Shown: positions 1-14,000 of the stretch, piece after piece | Numbering within the stretch: position 1 is the stretch's first letter | How the letters are laid out: each line of letters starts with the position of its first letter | Assembly: GCF_009914755.1 (NCBI RefSeq) | Contig: NC_060945.1 | Source of the DNA: the human T2T-CHM13v2.0 reference genome, Homo sapiens | Reading direction: 5' to 3' (one strand) | DNA length: 64,000 nucleotides | Position numbers and translations under genes: made by a program | Notes under the pieces: model-generated | Told to the model about the DNA's origin: nothing | The model's input: only the letters and a program-made list of their open reading frames with translations | The model's database searches: none

Positions 1-490
1 GAAAGGAATGGAATGGAATGGAATGGAATGGAACGGAATGGAACGGAATGGGATTGAATGGTGTGGATTAGAATGGGCTTGAATGGAACAGAAAGGGATG
101 GAATGGAATGAATATAAAAGGAATGGAATGGAATGGACTCCAATGGAAGGAAAGGCCATGAATTGAATGGAATGGAAGGGAACTGACTCGAATGGAATAG
201 ATTGGAATTTAGTGGAATGGACTCTATTAGAATGCAATGGAATGCATTTGAATGGAATGGAATTGAATGCAATGGATTCAAAAGGAATGCAATTGAATGG
301 ACCCAAATAGAATGTAATGGAATGGAATAGACTCTAAAGGAATGGAATGGAACGTAATGGAATGGAATTGACTCGAATGGAATGAAATTTAAAGGATTTG
401 AATGGAATGATATTTAATGGTATCGAATGGAATGGAATGGAATGAACTCGAATGAAATGGATTGGATGCAAATGGAATGGAATGGAATAG

Positions 491-625
491 AATGGAATGG
501 AATGGAATGGAGTAGATTTGAATGGAATAGAACGGAATGGAATTGATTGGAATGGAATGGAATGGAATGGAGTAGATTTGAATGGAATAGAACGGAATGG
601 AATTGATTGGAATGGAATGGAATGG
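491..625 (+). repeat. Exact 60-bp tandem duplication
   Basis: The segment containing GGAGTAGATTTGAATGGAATAGAACGGAATGGAATTGATTGG repeats identically at a 60-bp offset. Confidence 0.9.
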
Positions 626-1565
626 CATGCAATGGAATCGAATAGAATGGACTCGAAATGAATGGAATGGAATCGAAGGGAATGAAATGAAATGGAATGG
701 GCTCGAATGGAATAGTATGGAATTTACTGGATTGGAGTCCACTGGAATGGACTCTAATGGAATGGAATGTACTCCAGTGGAATAGAATGAAATTATATGG
801 TCTCAAATTGAATGGAACGGAATGGACTTGAATGGAAGAGAATGGAATTGAATGGAATGGACAAGAATGAAATGGAATGGAATGGACTCGAATGGAATGG
901 AACCTAAAGGAATGGAATAGAATGGAATGGACCCGAATGGAATGGATAGGAATGCAATGGAATCGAATGTGATGGAATGTATTGGAATGGACTCGAATGG
1001 AATGGATAGGAATGGACCCGAACGGAATGGAAAGGAATGGTCTCGAGTGGAAAGGAATGGAATGTCATGGACTTGAGTGGAATGGAATAGACTCGAATAG
1101 AATGGAAAGGAATGGACCAGAATGGGATGGAATGGAATGGACCGGAATGGTATGGTATGGAATGGAATGGATTTGAATGAATAGAATTGAATGGAGTGGA
1201 ATGGACTTGAAAGAATTGGAATGGAATGCAATCGAATAGAATGGAATAGACATGAATGGAATGGAATGGATTGGAATGGAATGAACTCGAATGGAATACA
1301 ATGGAATGTAATGGAATGGACTCTAATGGAATGGAATGGAATAGACTTGAATGGAATAGAATGGAAGAGGCGCGAATGGAATAGAATGGAATGGACTCGA
1401 GTACAATGGAATGGATTCAAAAGGAATAGAATGGAATGGACCTCAATGGAATGGAGAGAATGGAGTGGAATGGAATAAAATGGAATGGAGAGGAATTGAA
1501 TAGAATGAAATGAAATGGACTCAAAAGGAATGAAATGTTATTGAATGGAATGGAATGGAATAGAA

Positions 1566-1770
1566 TAGACTCGAAGGGAATGTAATTAAATGGAATCGAA
1601 AAGAGAGGAATGGCATTGAATGGAATGTTATGGAATGGAATGGAATGGAATAGAAAGGAATGGAATGGAGTGTAATGGATTAGAATGGAATGGAATAGAC
1701 TTGAAGGGAATGTAATTAAATGGAATCGAAAGAGTGGAATGGCATCGAATGGAATGTTATAGAATGGAAT
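1566..1770 (+). repeat. ~130-bp diverged tandem duplication
   Basis: TAGACT[CT]GAAGGGAATGTAATTAAATGGAATCGAAA...GGAATGTTAT occurs at 1566 and 1696. Confidence 0.8.
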
Positions 1771-4734
1771 GGAATGGAATAGAAAGCAATGGAATGGATT
1801 GGAATGGAATGGAACAAAAAGGAATGGACTCGAAAGGAAAGGAATGGACTCCAATGGAAACGAATGAAATGGAATGGACTCGAATGGAATACAGTGGAAT
1901 TTACTGGATTGGAATATAATGGTATGGACTCTAATGGAATGGAAAGGAATGGAATCGAATGGAATAGAATGGAATGGAATTGACTTGAATGGAATGGAAG
2001 GGAATGGAGTGGAATGGAACGGAATGGGCTTCGATGGAATAGAATGAATTAGAATGGAATGCACTCAAATGAAATGAAATGGAAAGGACTCGAATGCAAT
2101 GGAATGGACTTGAATGTACTGAAATTGATTGGAATCGACATGAAGGGAATGGAATGGAATGGACTCAAGTGGAATGGAAAGGAACGGACTCGAACGGAAT
2201 ATAATGGAATGGAAAGGATTCGAAAGGAATGGAATGGAATGGACAGGAAAAGAATTGAATGGGATTGGAATGGAATCGAATGGAAGGGAACCGAATGGAA
2301 CTGAATGGAATAGAATGGAATGGACCACACTCGAATGGAATGGAATGGACACGAATGGAATGAAATGGAGCGGAATGGAATGGAATGGAATGGAATGGAA
2401 TGGAATGGAATGGAATATCATGGTTTGGAATGGAATGGACTTGAATGAAATGGAATGGAATGGACTCGAATGGAATAGAATGGACTCGAGTGGAAAGGAA
2501 AAAAATGGACTCGAATGGAATGGAATGGAATGGACAGGAATGGAATGAAATGGAAAGGAGTCAGAATGGAATGGAATGGAATGGAATGGAAAGGAATGGA
2601 CCCGAATAGCATGGAATAGAATGCAAAGGAATGGACTAGAATGGAATGGAATAGAATGGAATCGAATGGACTTCAATGGACTTGAAAACAATGGAATGGA
2701 AGACAATGGAATGGAATCAAATGGAATGCAATGGAATTGACTCAAATTCAATTGAACGGAGAGGTCACAAAAGGAAATGGTGGAATGGAACAGACTGGAA
2801 TTTAATGGAAAGGAATCAATTGGGCTGAAATGGAATGGAATTGAATGGACACAAATCGAATGGAATGTAAAGGAATGGAATGGACTCGAATGGAATGGAA
2901 TCGAATGGAATGGTCTCCAGTGGAATGGAATAGACTCCAAAGGAATGGAATTGACTGGACCCGAATTGAATGAAGAAAATGGAGTGCAATGGAATAGAAT
3001 TGAATGGAGAGGAATGGAATAGAATGAAATGAAACGGACTCAAAAGAAATGGAATGGTATTGAATGGAATGGAATGGAAAGGATTGGAATGGAATGAATG
3101 GAATCAAAAGGAATGGAATGGAATGGACCCAAGTGGAATGGAATGTAGTGGAATGGAATAGAATGGAATGAAATAGACTCCAAGGGAATGTAATGAAATG
3201 GACACGAAAAGTATGGAATGGCATGGAATGGAATGGAATGGAATGGAATAGAATGGAATGGAATGGAATTGAAAGGAATGGCATGGATTGGAATGGAATG
3301 GAATGGAAAGGAGTGGACTCAAATGGAAAGGAATGGACTCGAATGGAATGGAATGAAATGGAATGGACTCTAATGGAATACAGTAGAATTTACTGGATTG
3401 GAATCTAATGGTATGGACTCTAATGAAATGGAATGGAATGGAATCGAATGGAATAAGATGGAATAGAAATGACTCAAATGGAATGGAATGGCATGGAGTG
3501 GAATGGAATGGAATGGTCTTCAATGGAATAGAATGGAGTGGAATGCAATGGACTCGAATGAAAAGGAAAGGAAACTACTCAAATGCAATGGAATGGACTC
3601 GAAAGGAAAGTAATTGATTGGAATGGATTCGAGTGGAATGGAATGGAATGAACTCAAGTGGAATGGAATGGACTCGAAAGGAATATAATGGAATGGATTG
3701 GATTCGAAAGGAATGGATTGGAATAGACACGAATGGAATGGAATGGAGTGGAATGGAATGGACCCGAATTGAATGGAATGGAATGGAATGGAATGGAATG
3801 GAATGGAAAGGAATGGAAAGGAACACCCTTGAATGGAATGGAATGGAATGGACACGAATGGAATGGAATGGAATGGAACGGAATGAAAAGGAACACACAT
3901 GAATGGAATTGAATGCAAAGGACACGAATGGAATGGAATGGAGTGGATTGGAATGACATGGAGTGGAATGGAATGGAATGGAATGGAACGGAATTGAATG
4001 GAATGGACTTGCATGAAATGGAATGGAATGGACTCAAATGGAATAGAATTGAATCGAGTGGAAAGGAATGGAATGGACTCGAATGGAATGGAATGGAATG
4101 GACTCGAATGGAATGGAATGGAATGGACTCGAATGGAATGGTATGGCATGGAAAGGTCTTGAATGGAATGGAATGGAATGGAATGGAATGAAGTGGCCTC
4201 GAATGGAATGGAATGGATTGGAATGGACTCGAATGAAATGGAATAGACTCGAATGGATTGGAAGAGAATGGAATCGACTAGAGTGCAATGGAATGGAATG
4301 GAATGGATTCGAATGGAATGGAATGAACCCGAATGGAATTGAACAGATTGGAACGGAACGGAGGGGAACGGAACGGAATGGACTCACATGGAATGGAATA
4401 GACTCGAATGGAATAGACTCGAATGCAATGAAATGCTTTGGAATGGACTCGAATACAATGGAATACAATGGACTTGAATGGAATTCAATGGACTCGAAAG
4501 GAATGGAATGGAATGCAATGGAATGGAATCAAATGGAATGCAATGGACTTGACTCGAATGGAATTGAATGGAGTGGCCACGAATGGAAGGTGTGGAATGG
4601 GATGGACTTGAATTGAATGGAAAGTAATGGAGTGGGCTCAAATGGAATGGAATGGAATGGAATTGAATGGACTAGAATCGAATGTAATGTAATGGAGTGG
4701 AATGGACAGGAATGGAATGGAATGGAATGGAATT

Positions 4735-5085
4735 GAGTAGAATGCAAAGGACTCTAAAGGAATGTAATGGAATGGACCCAAATGGAATGGAGAGAATGGA
4801 GTGGAATGGAATAGAATGGAATGGAGAGGAATGGAATAGAATGAAATGAAATGGATTCAAATGGAATGGAATGGTATTGAATGGAATGGAATGGATTGGA
4901 ATGGAATGGAATGGAATGGAAGCGAGTAGAATGCAAAGGACTCGAAAAGAATGGAATGGAATGGACCCGAATGGAATGGAGAGAATGGAGTGGAATGGAA
5001 TAGAATGGAATGGAGAGGAATGGAATAGAATGAAATGAAATGGATTCAAATGGAATGGAATGGTATTGAATGGAATGGAATGGAA
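4735..5085 (+). repeat. 189-bp tandem duplication
   Basis: GAGTAGAATGCAAAGGACT occurs at 4735 and 4924. Both copies continue with GGAGAGAATGGAGT...GAAATGAAATGGATTCAAAT...GGTATTGAAT. Confidence 0.88.
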
Positions 5086-8000
5086 TGGAATGGAATGGAT
5101 TGGAATGAAATATAATGGAATTGAATGGACTTGAATGGAATGAATGGAATTGAAAGGAATGGAATGAAATGAAACCGAACGGAATGGAATAGAATGGACT
5201 CGAATGGAATGGAATAGAATGGACTTGAATGGAATTAAATGTACTCGAAAGGAATGGAATGGAATGGAATGGAATCAAATGGAATTGAATGGAATGTAAT
5301 GGAACTGACTCAAATGCAATTTAATGCAGTGGCCACGAATGGAAGGGTTGGAATGGAATGAATTGGAATTGAATGGAAAGGAATGGATTGGACTCAAATG
5401 GAATGGAATGGAATGGATTGGAATAGAATTGAATGGAATGGATTCAAATAGAATGGCATGGAACGGAATGGACTCGAATGCAATAGAAAGGAATGGACTC
5501 GAATGCAATGGTATGGAATTGAATGTAATAGAGTAGAATGGACTCCAATGGAATGGAATGGAATTGAATAGACTAGAATAGAATAGAATGACACGGAATG
5601 GAATGAACTCGAATGGAATGGAATGGAATGGAATGGAATTAAATGGACTGGAATGGAATGGAATGGAAGGGAATGGAATGGAATGCATTTGAAATGAATG
5701 GACCCGAAAAGCATGGAATGGAATGGAATGGAATTGAAAGAAGTGGCTATGAATGGAATGGAATGGAATGGAATGGACTTGAATGAAAAGGAAAGGACTC
5801 GAATGGAATGGAATGGAATGGAATGGAATCAACTCCAGTGCAAAGGAATGGAATTGAATGGATGCGAATGGAATGGACCCAAATGGAATGGAACAGAATG
5901 GAATGCAACGGAATGGAGAGGAACGGAATGGAATGGAACGGAATGGAATGGAACGGGACAGAATGGAACGGAACGCAATGGATTGAAATGGAATGGAATA
6001 GAATGGAATGGAATGGATTTGAATGGAATGGAATGGACTCTAATGGAATGGAATGTGCTCGAATGGAATGGAATGCTTTGGAATGCACTCGAATGGAATA
6101 GAATGTATTGGAAGGGACTCAAAAGAAATAGAATGGAATGGACTCGAATGGAATGGAATGGACTCTAATGGAATGGAATGGAATGGAATGGAATGGACTC
6201 GAATGGAAAGGAATGGAACGGAGTGGAATGGAATGGAATCGGCTTCAATGGAATAGAATGCAGTGCAATTGAAAGGTCTCTAATGAAAGGGAATGGAAAG
6301 GACTCGAATGCAATGGAATGCACTCGAATGGAATGTAATTGATCGGAATAGACTCGAATGTAACGGAATGGAATGGACCCAATTGGAATGGAACGGAATG
6401 GAATGGAGAAGAACAGAATGGAATGAAATGGAATGCATTGGAATGGAATGGAATGGAATTGAATGGAATGCAATGGAAGAGATAGGAATGGAATGGAATG
6501 GAAGGGACTCCAATAGAATGGAAGGGACTCCAAAGGAATGGAATAGAATGGAATGGAATAGATAGGATTGGAAAGAAATTGAATGGAATGGACTCGAATG
6601 GAATGGAATGGAATCGAAAGGAATGTAATGGAAAGAATGGACTCGAATGGAATGCAATGGAATTGACTTAAGTGGAATGGAATGGAATGGACATGAATGG
6701 AACGAAATGGAATGGAACAGACTGTAATGGAAAGGAATGGATTGGAAAGGAATGGAATGGAACGGACTCTAATGCAATGGAAAGGACTCGAGTGGAATGG
6801 AATGGAATGGACTCGAATGGAATGGAAATGACTCGAGTGGAATGGAACAGAATGCAAAGGACTCGAATGGAATGGAGTGGAATGTATTTGAAAGGAATGG
6901 AATGGAATTGAATGGATTCGATTTGAACCGAATGCAATGGCATGGAATGGACTCGAACGGAATGTAATGTAATGGAATGAAATGGGATCGAACGGAATGG
7001 AGTGGAATGGACTCAAATGGAAAGGAATGGAATGGAGTAAAATGGAATGGACACGAAAGGTATGCAATGGAATTGAGTGGACTCAATAGGAATGCAATGG
7101 AAAAGAATGTAATGAAATGGAATGGACTCTAAAGGAAAGTAATGGAATGAAAAGTGCTGAAATGGAATAGAATGGAATGTAAAAAATTGTGACAGAATGG
7201 ACTCGAAGGGAATGCAGTTGAATTGAATGGACCTGAAAGCAATGGAATGGAATGTAACGGATTGGAAGGGAATATAATGGAATGAAATGGAAAAGACTCG
7301 AATGGAATTGAATAGAATGGAATGGACTAGAATGAAATTGTAGAGGAATGGAATGGAATGGAATCGACTAGAGAGGAATGGAATGGACTCGACTGAAATG
7401 GAATGCAGTGGAATGGACTCGAATGGAATGCAATGGAATGGAATAGACTCGAATGGAATGGAATGGAATGGAATGAAATGGAATGGAAGCACATGAAATG
7501 GAATGAAATAGAATGGATTCGAATGGAATGGAATTGAATGGGATGGAATGCAATGGAATCAAATGGAATGGACTTGAAATGAATGGAATTGACTCGAATG
7601 GAATATGGAATGGAATGGAACGGAATGGAATGGAATGGAATTGACTCAAATGGAATGCAATGCAATGGAATGGATTGGAATGGAATGGACTCGAATGAAA
7701 TGGAATGGAAAGGACTCGAATGCAATGGAATGGACTCGAATGAAATGTAATTGATTGGAATGCACTCCAATGGAATGGAATGGAATGGAATGGACTCTAG
7801 TGTAATGCAATGGAAAGGAATCGAATGGAATACAATGGAATGGAATGTATTCGAGAAGAATGGAATGGAATGGATATGAATGAAACAGAATGGAGTGGAA
7901 CGGAGTGGAATGGAATGGAACCGAATGGAATGGAACGGAATGGAATGGAATGGGATGGAACAGAATGGAATGGAATGGAACACAGTCTAATGGAATGGAA

Positions 8001-11000
8001 TGGAATGGAATGGAATGGAATGGACAGGAATGGAATGAAATGGAATGGAATGGTATGGACTTGAATGAGATGGAATGGAATGGAATCGAATGGAATAGAA
8101 TGGACTTGAGTGGAAAGGAATGGAATTGGCTCAAATGGAATAGAATTGAATGGACTCGAATTGAATGGAATGGAATGCAATGGACAGGACTGGAATGGAA
8201 TGGAATGGAATGGAATGGAATCGAATGTAATGGAAGGGAATAGAATGGGTTTGAATGGAATGGACCTTTAAAGAATGGAATGGAATGGAATGGAATGAAG
8301 TGGCCTCAAATGCAATGGAATGTATCGGGATGGACACGAATGAAATGGAATGGACTCAAATGGAACGGAATAGAATGGAATCAACTCGAGTGCAATGGAA
8401 TGGAATGGAATGGATCCGAATTGAATGAAACGAAATGGAACGGAATGGAATCGCATGGAATGGAAGAAACTCAAATGGAATAGAATGGAATAGACTCGAA
8501 TTGAATGGAATGCAATGGAATGGACTCGAATGGAATGTGATAGAATGGACTTGAATGGAATTCAATGGACTTGAAAGGAATGGAATGGAATGCAATTGAA
8601 TGGAATCCAATGGAATGCAATGGAATTGACTCGAATGGAATTGAATGGAGTGGCCACGAGTGGACGGGGTGGAATGGAATGTACTGGAATTGAATGGAAT
8701 GCAATGGAATGGCCTCAAGGGGAATGGAATGGAATGGAATTGAATGGACTCGAATCAAATGTAATGGAATGGAATGGAATGGACTCGAGTAGAATGGAAT
8801 GGACAAGAAAGGAATGGATTGGAATGGAATGGAATGGACCTGAATGGAATGGAATGCAAAGGAATCGAATAGGATGGAATGTATTGGAATGGACTCGAAT
8901 GGAATGGATAGGAATGGACCCGAATGGAATTGAGTGGAATGGTCTCGAGTGGAATGGAAAGGAATGGAATGAACTCGAATGCAATGGAATGGAATGGACT
9001 CGAATGGAATGGAAAGAATGGACCCGAATGGAATGGAATGGAATGGAATGGTATGGTGTGGAATGTAATGGATTTGAATGGAATAGGATAAATGGAATGG
9101 AATGGATTCGAAAAGATTGGAATGGAATGAACTAGAATGGAATGGAATGGACATGAATGGAACGGAATGGAATGGAATGAACTCGAATGGAATACAATGG
9201 AATTTAATGGAATGTACTCTAATGGAATGGAAAGGAATGGACTTGAATGGAATAGAATGGATGAGACTCTAATGGAATGGAATGCAAGGGAATGGACTCA
9301 AATGGAATGGAATGGAATTGACTCAAATGGTATGGAAAGGAATTGAATGCACTCGAAAGGATTGGGATGGAGTACAGTGGAATGGACTCGAATGGAATGG
9401 AATGGAATGAACTCGAATGCAATGTTATGCAATGGAATGGACCCAAATGGAATGGAATGTAATTGACTGGAATGGAATTGAATGGAATGGACCCGAATGG
9501 AATGGATTGGAATGGAATAGAATGGAATGGAATGAAATGGAAAGGAATGGAATGGACTCGAATGGAATGAAATGGAATGGACTCGAATGGAATGCAATGG
9601 TATGGACTGGGCTCAAATGGAATGGAATGGAATGGAATGGAAAAGAATGGAGTGGAATAGAATGGACTGCAATGTAATGAGTTTGGAATGGACTGGAATG
9701 GAATGGAATGGAATGGGATGGAATGGAATGGGATGGAATGGACTCAAATGGAATGGCATGGAATGGAATGGAATGGACACAAATGCCATAGAATGGAATG
9801 GACTCGAATGGAATTTAATGGAATTGACTCAAATGGAATGGAATGCAATTGAATGGTCTCGAAAGGATTGGGAAGGAATAGAGTGGAATGGACTCGAATG
9901 GAGTGGAATAGAAAGAATTTGAATGGAATGGACTGGGATCGAATGGAGTGAAATGGGGTAGAAAGGAGTGGAATGGATTTGAGTGGAGTAGGATGGGAAG
10001 GAGCAGAGTGGAGTGGAGTGGAGTGTAATGGGACGGAATGGAATGCAATGGTCTCGAATGGAATCAATTGGAATGTGGTGAAGTGGATTGGAGTGGAGTG
10101 GAATGGAATGCGGTTGAATGGAATTCAATGGAGTGGAGAGGAATGGAGTGGAATGGAATGGGAAAAAATGGAATTGAACGGATTGGAGTGGACTGGAGTG
10201 GAGTGGAGTATAATGCAATGGAATGGGATGGAGTGCAGCGAATTGGAATGAAGTGGAATGCAACTGAATGGAATGGAATGGAGTGATGTGAAGTGGAGTG
10301 GAGTTCAATGGAGAGGAATAAGGAGGAGTGGAGTGGAGTGGAATGGAGTGGAATGCAATTGAATGGAATAGAATGGAGTGATATGAGGTGGAGTGAAGTG
10401 GAGTGGGGTGGCATGGAGTGGAATGGGGAGAAGTGGAGTTGATTGAAGTGGACATGTATGGAATGGAGTGGAGTGGAGTGGAATGATTTGTGGTGGAGTG
10501 TAGTGGATTGGAGTGGAATGGAATATAGTGGAGTGGAATGGAATGTGGTGGAGTGGAGTGGAGTGAATTAGAGTGGAGTGCAGTGGAAGGTAATGGAAAT
10601 GAATGGAAAAAAATGGAATGGAGTGGAGTGGAGTGAAATGGAGTGGAATGGAGTGCAATGGAAAGGAATGGATTGGAATGGAATGGAGTGCAATGGAATG
10701 GACTGTAGTGGAATGGAATGGAGTGGAATAAAATGGAATGGATTGGAATGCAATGAAGTGGAATGGGATGAAATAGAATGGAATGCAATGCAATGAAGTG
10801 GAATGGAATGAAATGGAATGGAATGGAATGGAATGGACTCGAATGGAATGGACTGGAATGGAATGGACTGGAATGTAATAGATTGGAATGGAATGGACAC
10901 AAATGGAATGGACTCAAATCTAAAGGAATCGATTGGAATGCAACAGAATGCAATCAAATGGAATGTAAAGGAATAGAATGGAATGGAATGGAATGGAATG

Positions 11001-14000
11001 GAATGGAATGAACTCGAATGGAATTCACTGGAAAGCAATGGACTGTAATGGAATAGACTGGAATGGAATGGACTCGAATGGAATGGAGTGGAAGGGAATT
11101 GTCTCGAATGGAATGGAATCAAAAGGAATGGAATGGCACAGTCTTAAATTTAATGCAATCGAATGGAATGGAAACGAATGGAAATTAATCAATTGAAATG
11201 GAAATGTATAGAATAGAAAGGAATGGAATGGAATGGAAAGGAGTGGAATGGAATGGAATGAAATGCAATCGAATGGAATGGCATCGAATGGAATGGAATG
11301 GAATAGAAGAGAATGGAATGGAATGGAATGGACTCGAATGTAATTGACTAGAATGGAATGGACTCGAAAGGAATGGACTCGAATGGAATGGAATAGAATG
11401 GAATGGAATCGAAAGGAATGGAATGGAAACGAATGGAAGAAAAGCGAATGGAATTGAATCGAATTGAATTAAATCAAATGCAGTTTAATCAAATGGAATG
11501 GAATTAAATGGAAGGTAGTGGATTGGAATGGAATGGAATGGAGTGGAATGGAATGGAATGGACTTGAATGGAATGGTATGGAGTTGAGTGAAGTGGAGTG
11601 CATGGAGTGGAGGGGAAAGGAGTGGAATGGAATGGAATGGGAAGGAATTGAATTGAACGGGGTGGAGTGGATTGGAGGGGACGGCAATATAATGGAATAG
11701 AGTGGAGTGGAGTGGAATGGAATGGAATGCAGTGGAATTGAATGGAGTGGATTGGATTGGAATGGAGTGGAATGCAATGGAATGGAGTGGAGTGGAGTGC
11801 AGCGGAGCGGAGTGGAAAGGAGTGGAATGGAATGCAATGAAATGGAATGGAGTGGAATGGAGTTGAGTGGAATGGATACAATGGATTTGAGAGGAATAGA
11901 GTGGAATGGAATGGAATGGAATGGACTTGAATAGAATGGAGTGGAATGGAATAGAATGGAATCGAACGGAATGGAATGGAAGGGAATGGACTCGAATGGA
12001 ATGGACAGGAATTGAATGGAATTGAAAGGAATGGAATTGTGTGGCATCAAATGAATTCGAATGGAATGCGGTGAAGTGGAGTTGAGTGGAGTGGAATGCA
12101 GTGGAATGGAAAGTGGTGGAAAGGAATTGAATGGAGTGGAGGGGAGATGAATGGAGTGGAATGGAATTGAATGGGAAAAAATGCAATTGAACTGAATGGA
12201 GTACAGTGGATTGGAGTGGAGTGGAGTGGAACAAAATGGAATGGAGTGGAGTGGATTGGAGTGGATTGGAGTGGAATGGAGTGAAATGGAGTGGAGTGGA
12301 ATGTATTGGAATGGAATGGAGTGGAATGGAATGGATTGGAGTGGAGTGGAGTGTAATGGAGTGGAGTGTCATGGAGTGGAGTGGAGAGGAGTGGATTGGA
12401 GTGGAATGGAGTGAAATGAAATGGAAGGGAGTGGAGTGGCATTGAGTGGAGTGGAATGCAATGGAGTGGAGTGGAATAGAAAGGAATGGAATGGAATGCA
12501 ATGTTGTGGAATGGAATTGAATGGAATGGACTCGAATGGAATATAATTCAATGAAATGGAATGCAATGGAATGGAATAGAATTGAAGAGAATGGAATTTA
12601 ATGGCATCGAATGGTATCAAATGACTTGCGACTAAGAGGATTGGAAGGGAATGGAGAGGAGCCGAATGGAATGGAATGAAATGGAATGTATTGGACTGGA
12701 ATGGAGAGGGGTGGCGTGGACTGGAGTGCCGTGGAGTGGAGTAGAATGGAATGGATCGGAGTGGAATGGAATGGAATGGAGTTGAATGAAACGGAATGGA
12801 AGGGAATGGAATGGAATGGAATGCAATGGAATGGAATCGAATGGCATCGAATTTAATCAAATGGAATGCGATGAAGTTGATTGGAGTGCACTACAGTGGA
12901 GTGGAATGGAATGGGGTGCCATGGAAATGAATGGAGTGGAGTGGCACGGAATGGAGTAGAATGGAATGGAATGGGAAGGATTGGAATTGAACGCAGTGGA
13001 GTGCAGTGGAGTGGAACGTAATGGAATGGAATGTAAAGGTCTGGAGTGGAGTGGATTTGAGTTGAATGGAAAGCAGTGGAGTGGAAAGGAGTACAGTGGA
13101 ATTGTTGGAAAGGAATGGAATGGAGTGGAGTGGAGTGGAATGCAGTGGAATTGAGTGGAGTGGAGTGGAGTGGAATGGAATGGTGTGGAGTTGAATATAT
13201 TATAGTGGAGTGGAATGGAGTAGAAAGGAAAGGAGTGGAGTAGAATTGGTGGAATGGAATGGAATACAATAGAGTGGAGTGGAGTTAAGTAGAATGTAAT
13301 GTAGTGGAAGGGAATGGAATGGAAAGCAATGGAATCGAAGAGACTCCAATGGAATGTAATGGAATTGAATGAAATTGAATGTAATGGCATCGAATGGAAT
13401 GCAATCAAATGGAATGGACTCAAATAAAATGGAATCTAATGGAATGGAATTGAAGGGCATCGAATGTAATCGAATTCAATGAGTTAAAGAGGACGGAGGT
13501 GCAGTGTTATGGAGTGGAACGGAATAGAACAGGAAGGAATGGAGTTTACTGGAGAGTGGTGGAGTGGAGTGGAGTGGAATGCAATAGAAGTGAAAGGAAT
13601 GGAGTGGAATGGAATGGATTGGAGTGGCATGGAGTGGAGTGGAGTGGAATGCAGTGGAATGGAGTAGAATGGAGAGGAATGGAATGGAGTGGAATGGAAT
13701 GGCGTGGAGAAGAATGGAGTGAAGTGAAAAGGAGTGGAGTGGAGTGGAATGGAATAGAATGGATTGGAATGGAATGGAATGGATTGCAATGGACCCAAAT
13801 AGAATGGAATCAAATGGAATGGAACCGAATGGAATGGAATCAAAGGGAATCGAATCTAACCGAATGGAATGCAGTGAAGTGCAGTGAAGTGGAATGGAAA
13901 GGATTGGAATGGAATCGAATAGAAAGGGGTGGAATGGAAGTGAATGGAGTGGAGTGGAGTGGACTGGAGACGAATGGAAAGGAAAGGGAAGGAATGGAAT

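Larger units (their letters stand above)
1..9940 (+). repeat. Domain A: GGAAT array with frequent GGACTCGAAT/GGACCCGAAT decamers
   Basis: GGACTCGAAT and its variants GGACTCAAAT, GGACTTGAAT and GGACCCGAAT recur every few dozen bases. No GGAGT tracts and no CAACCCGAGT were seen. Confidence 0.85.

Noticed and set aside
7849-7858. nTTCnnGAAn heat-shock-element-like site
   Set aside because: It has only two inverted units. I saw no three-unit canonical HSE, and the array's GAA units are direct repeats.
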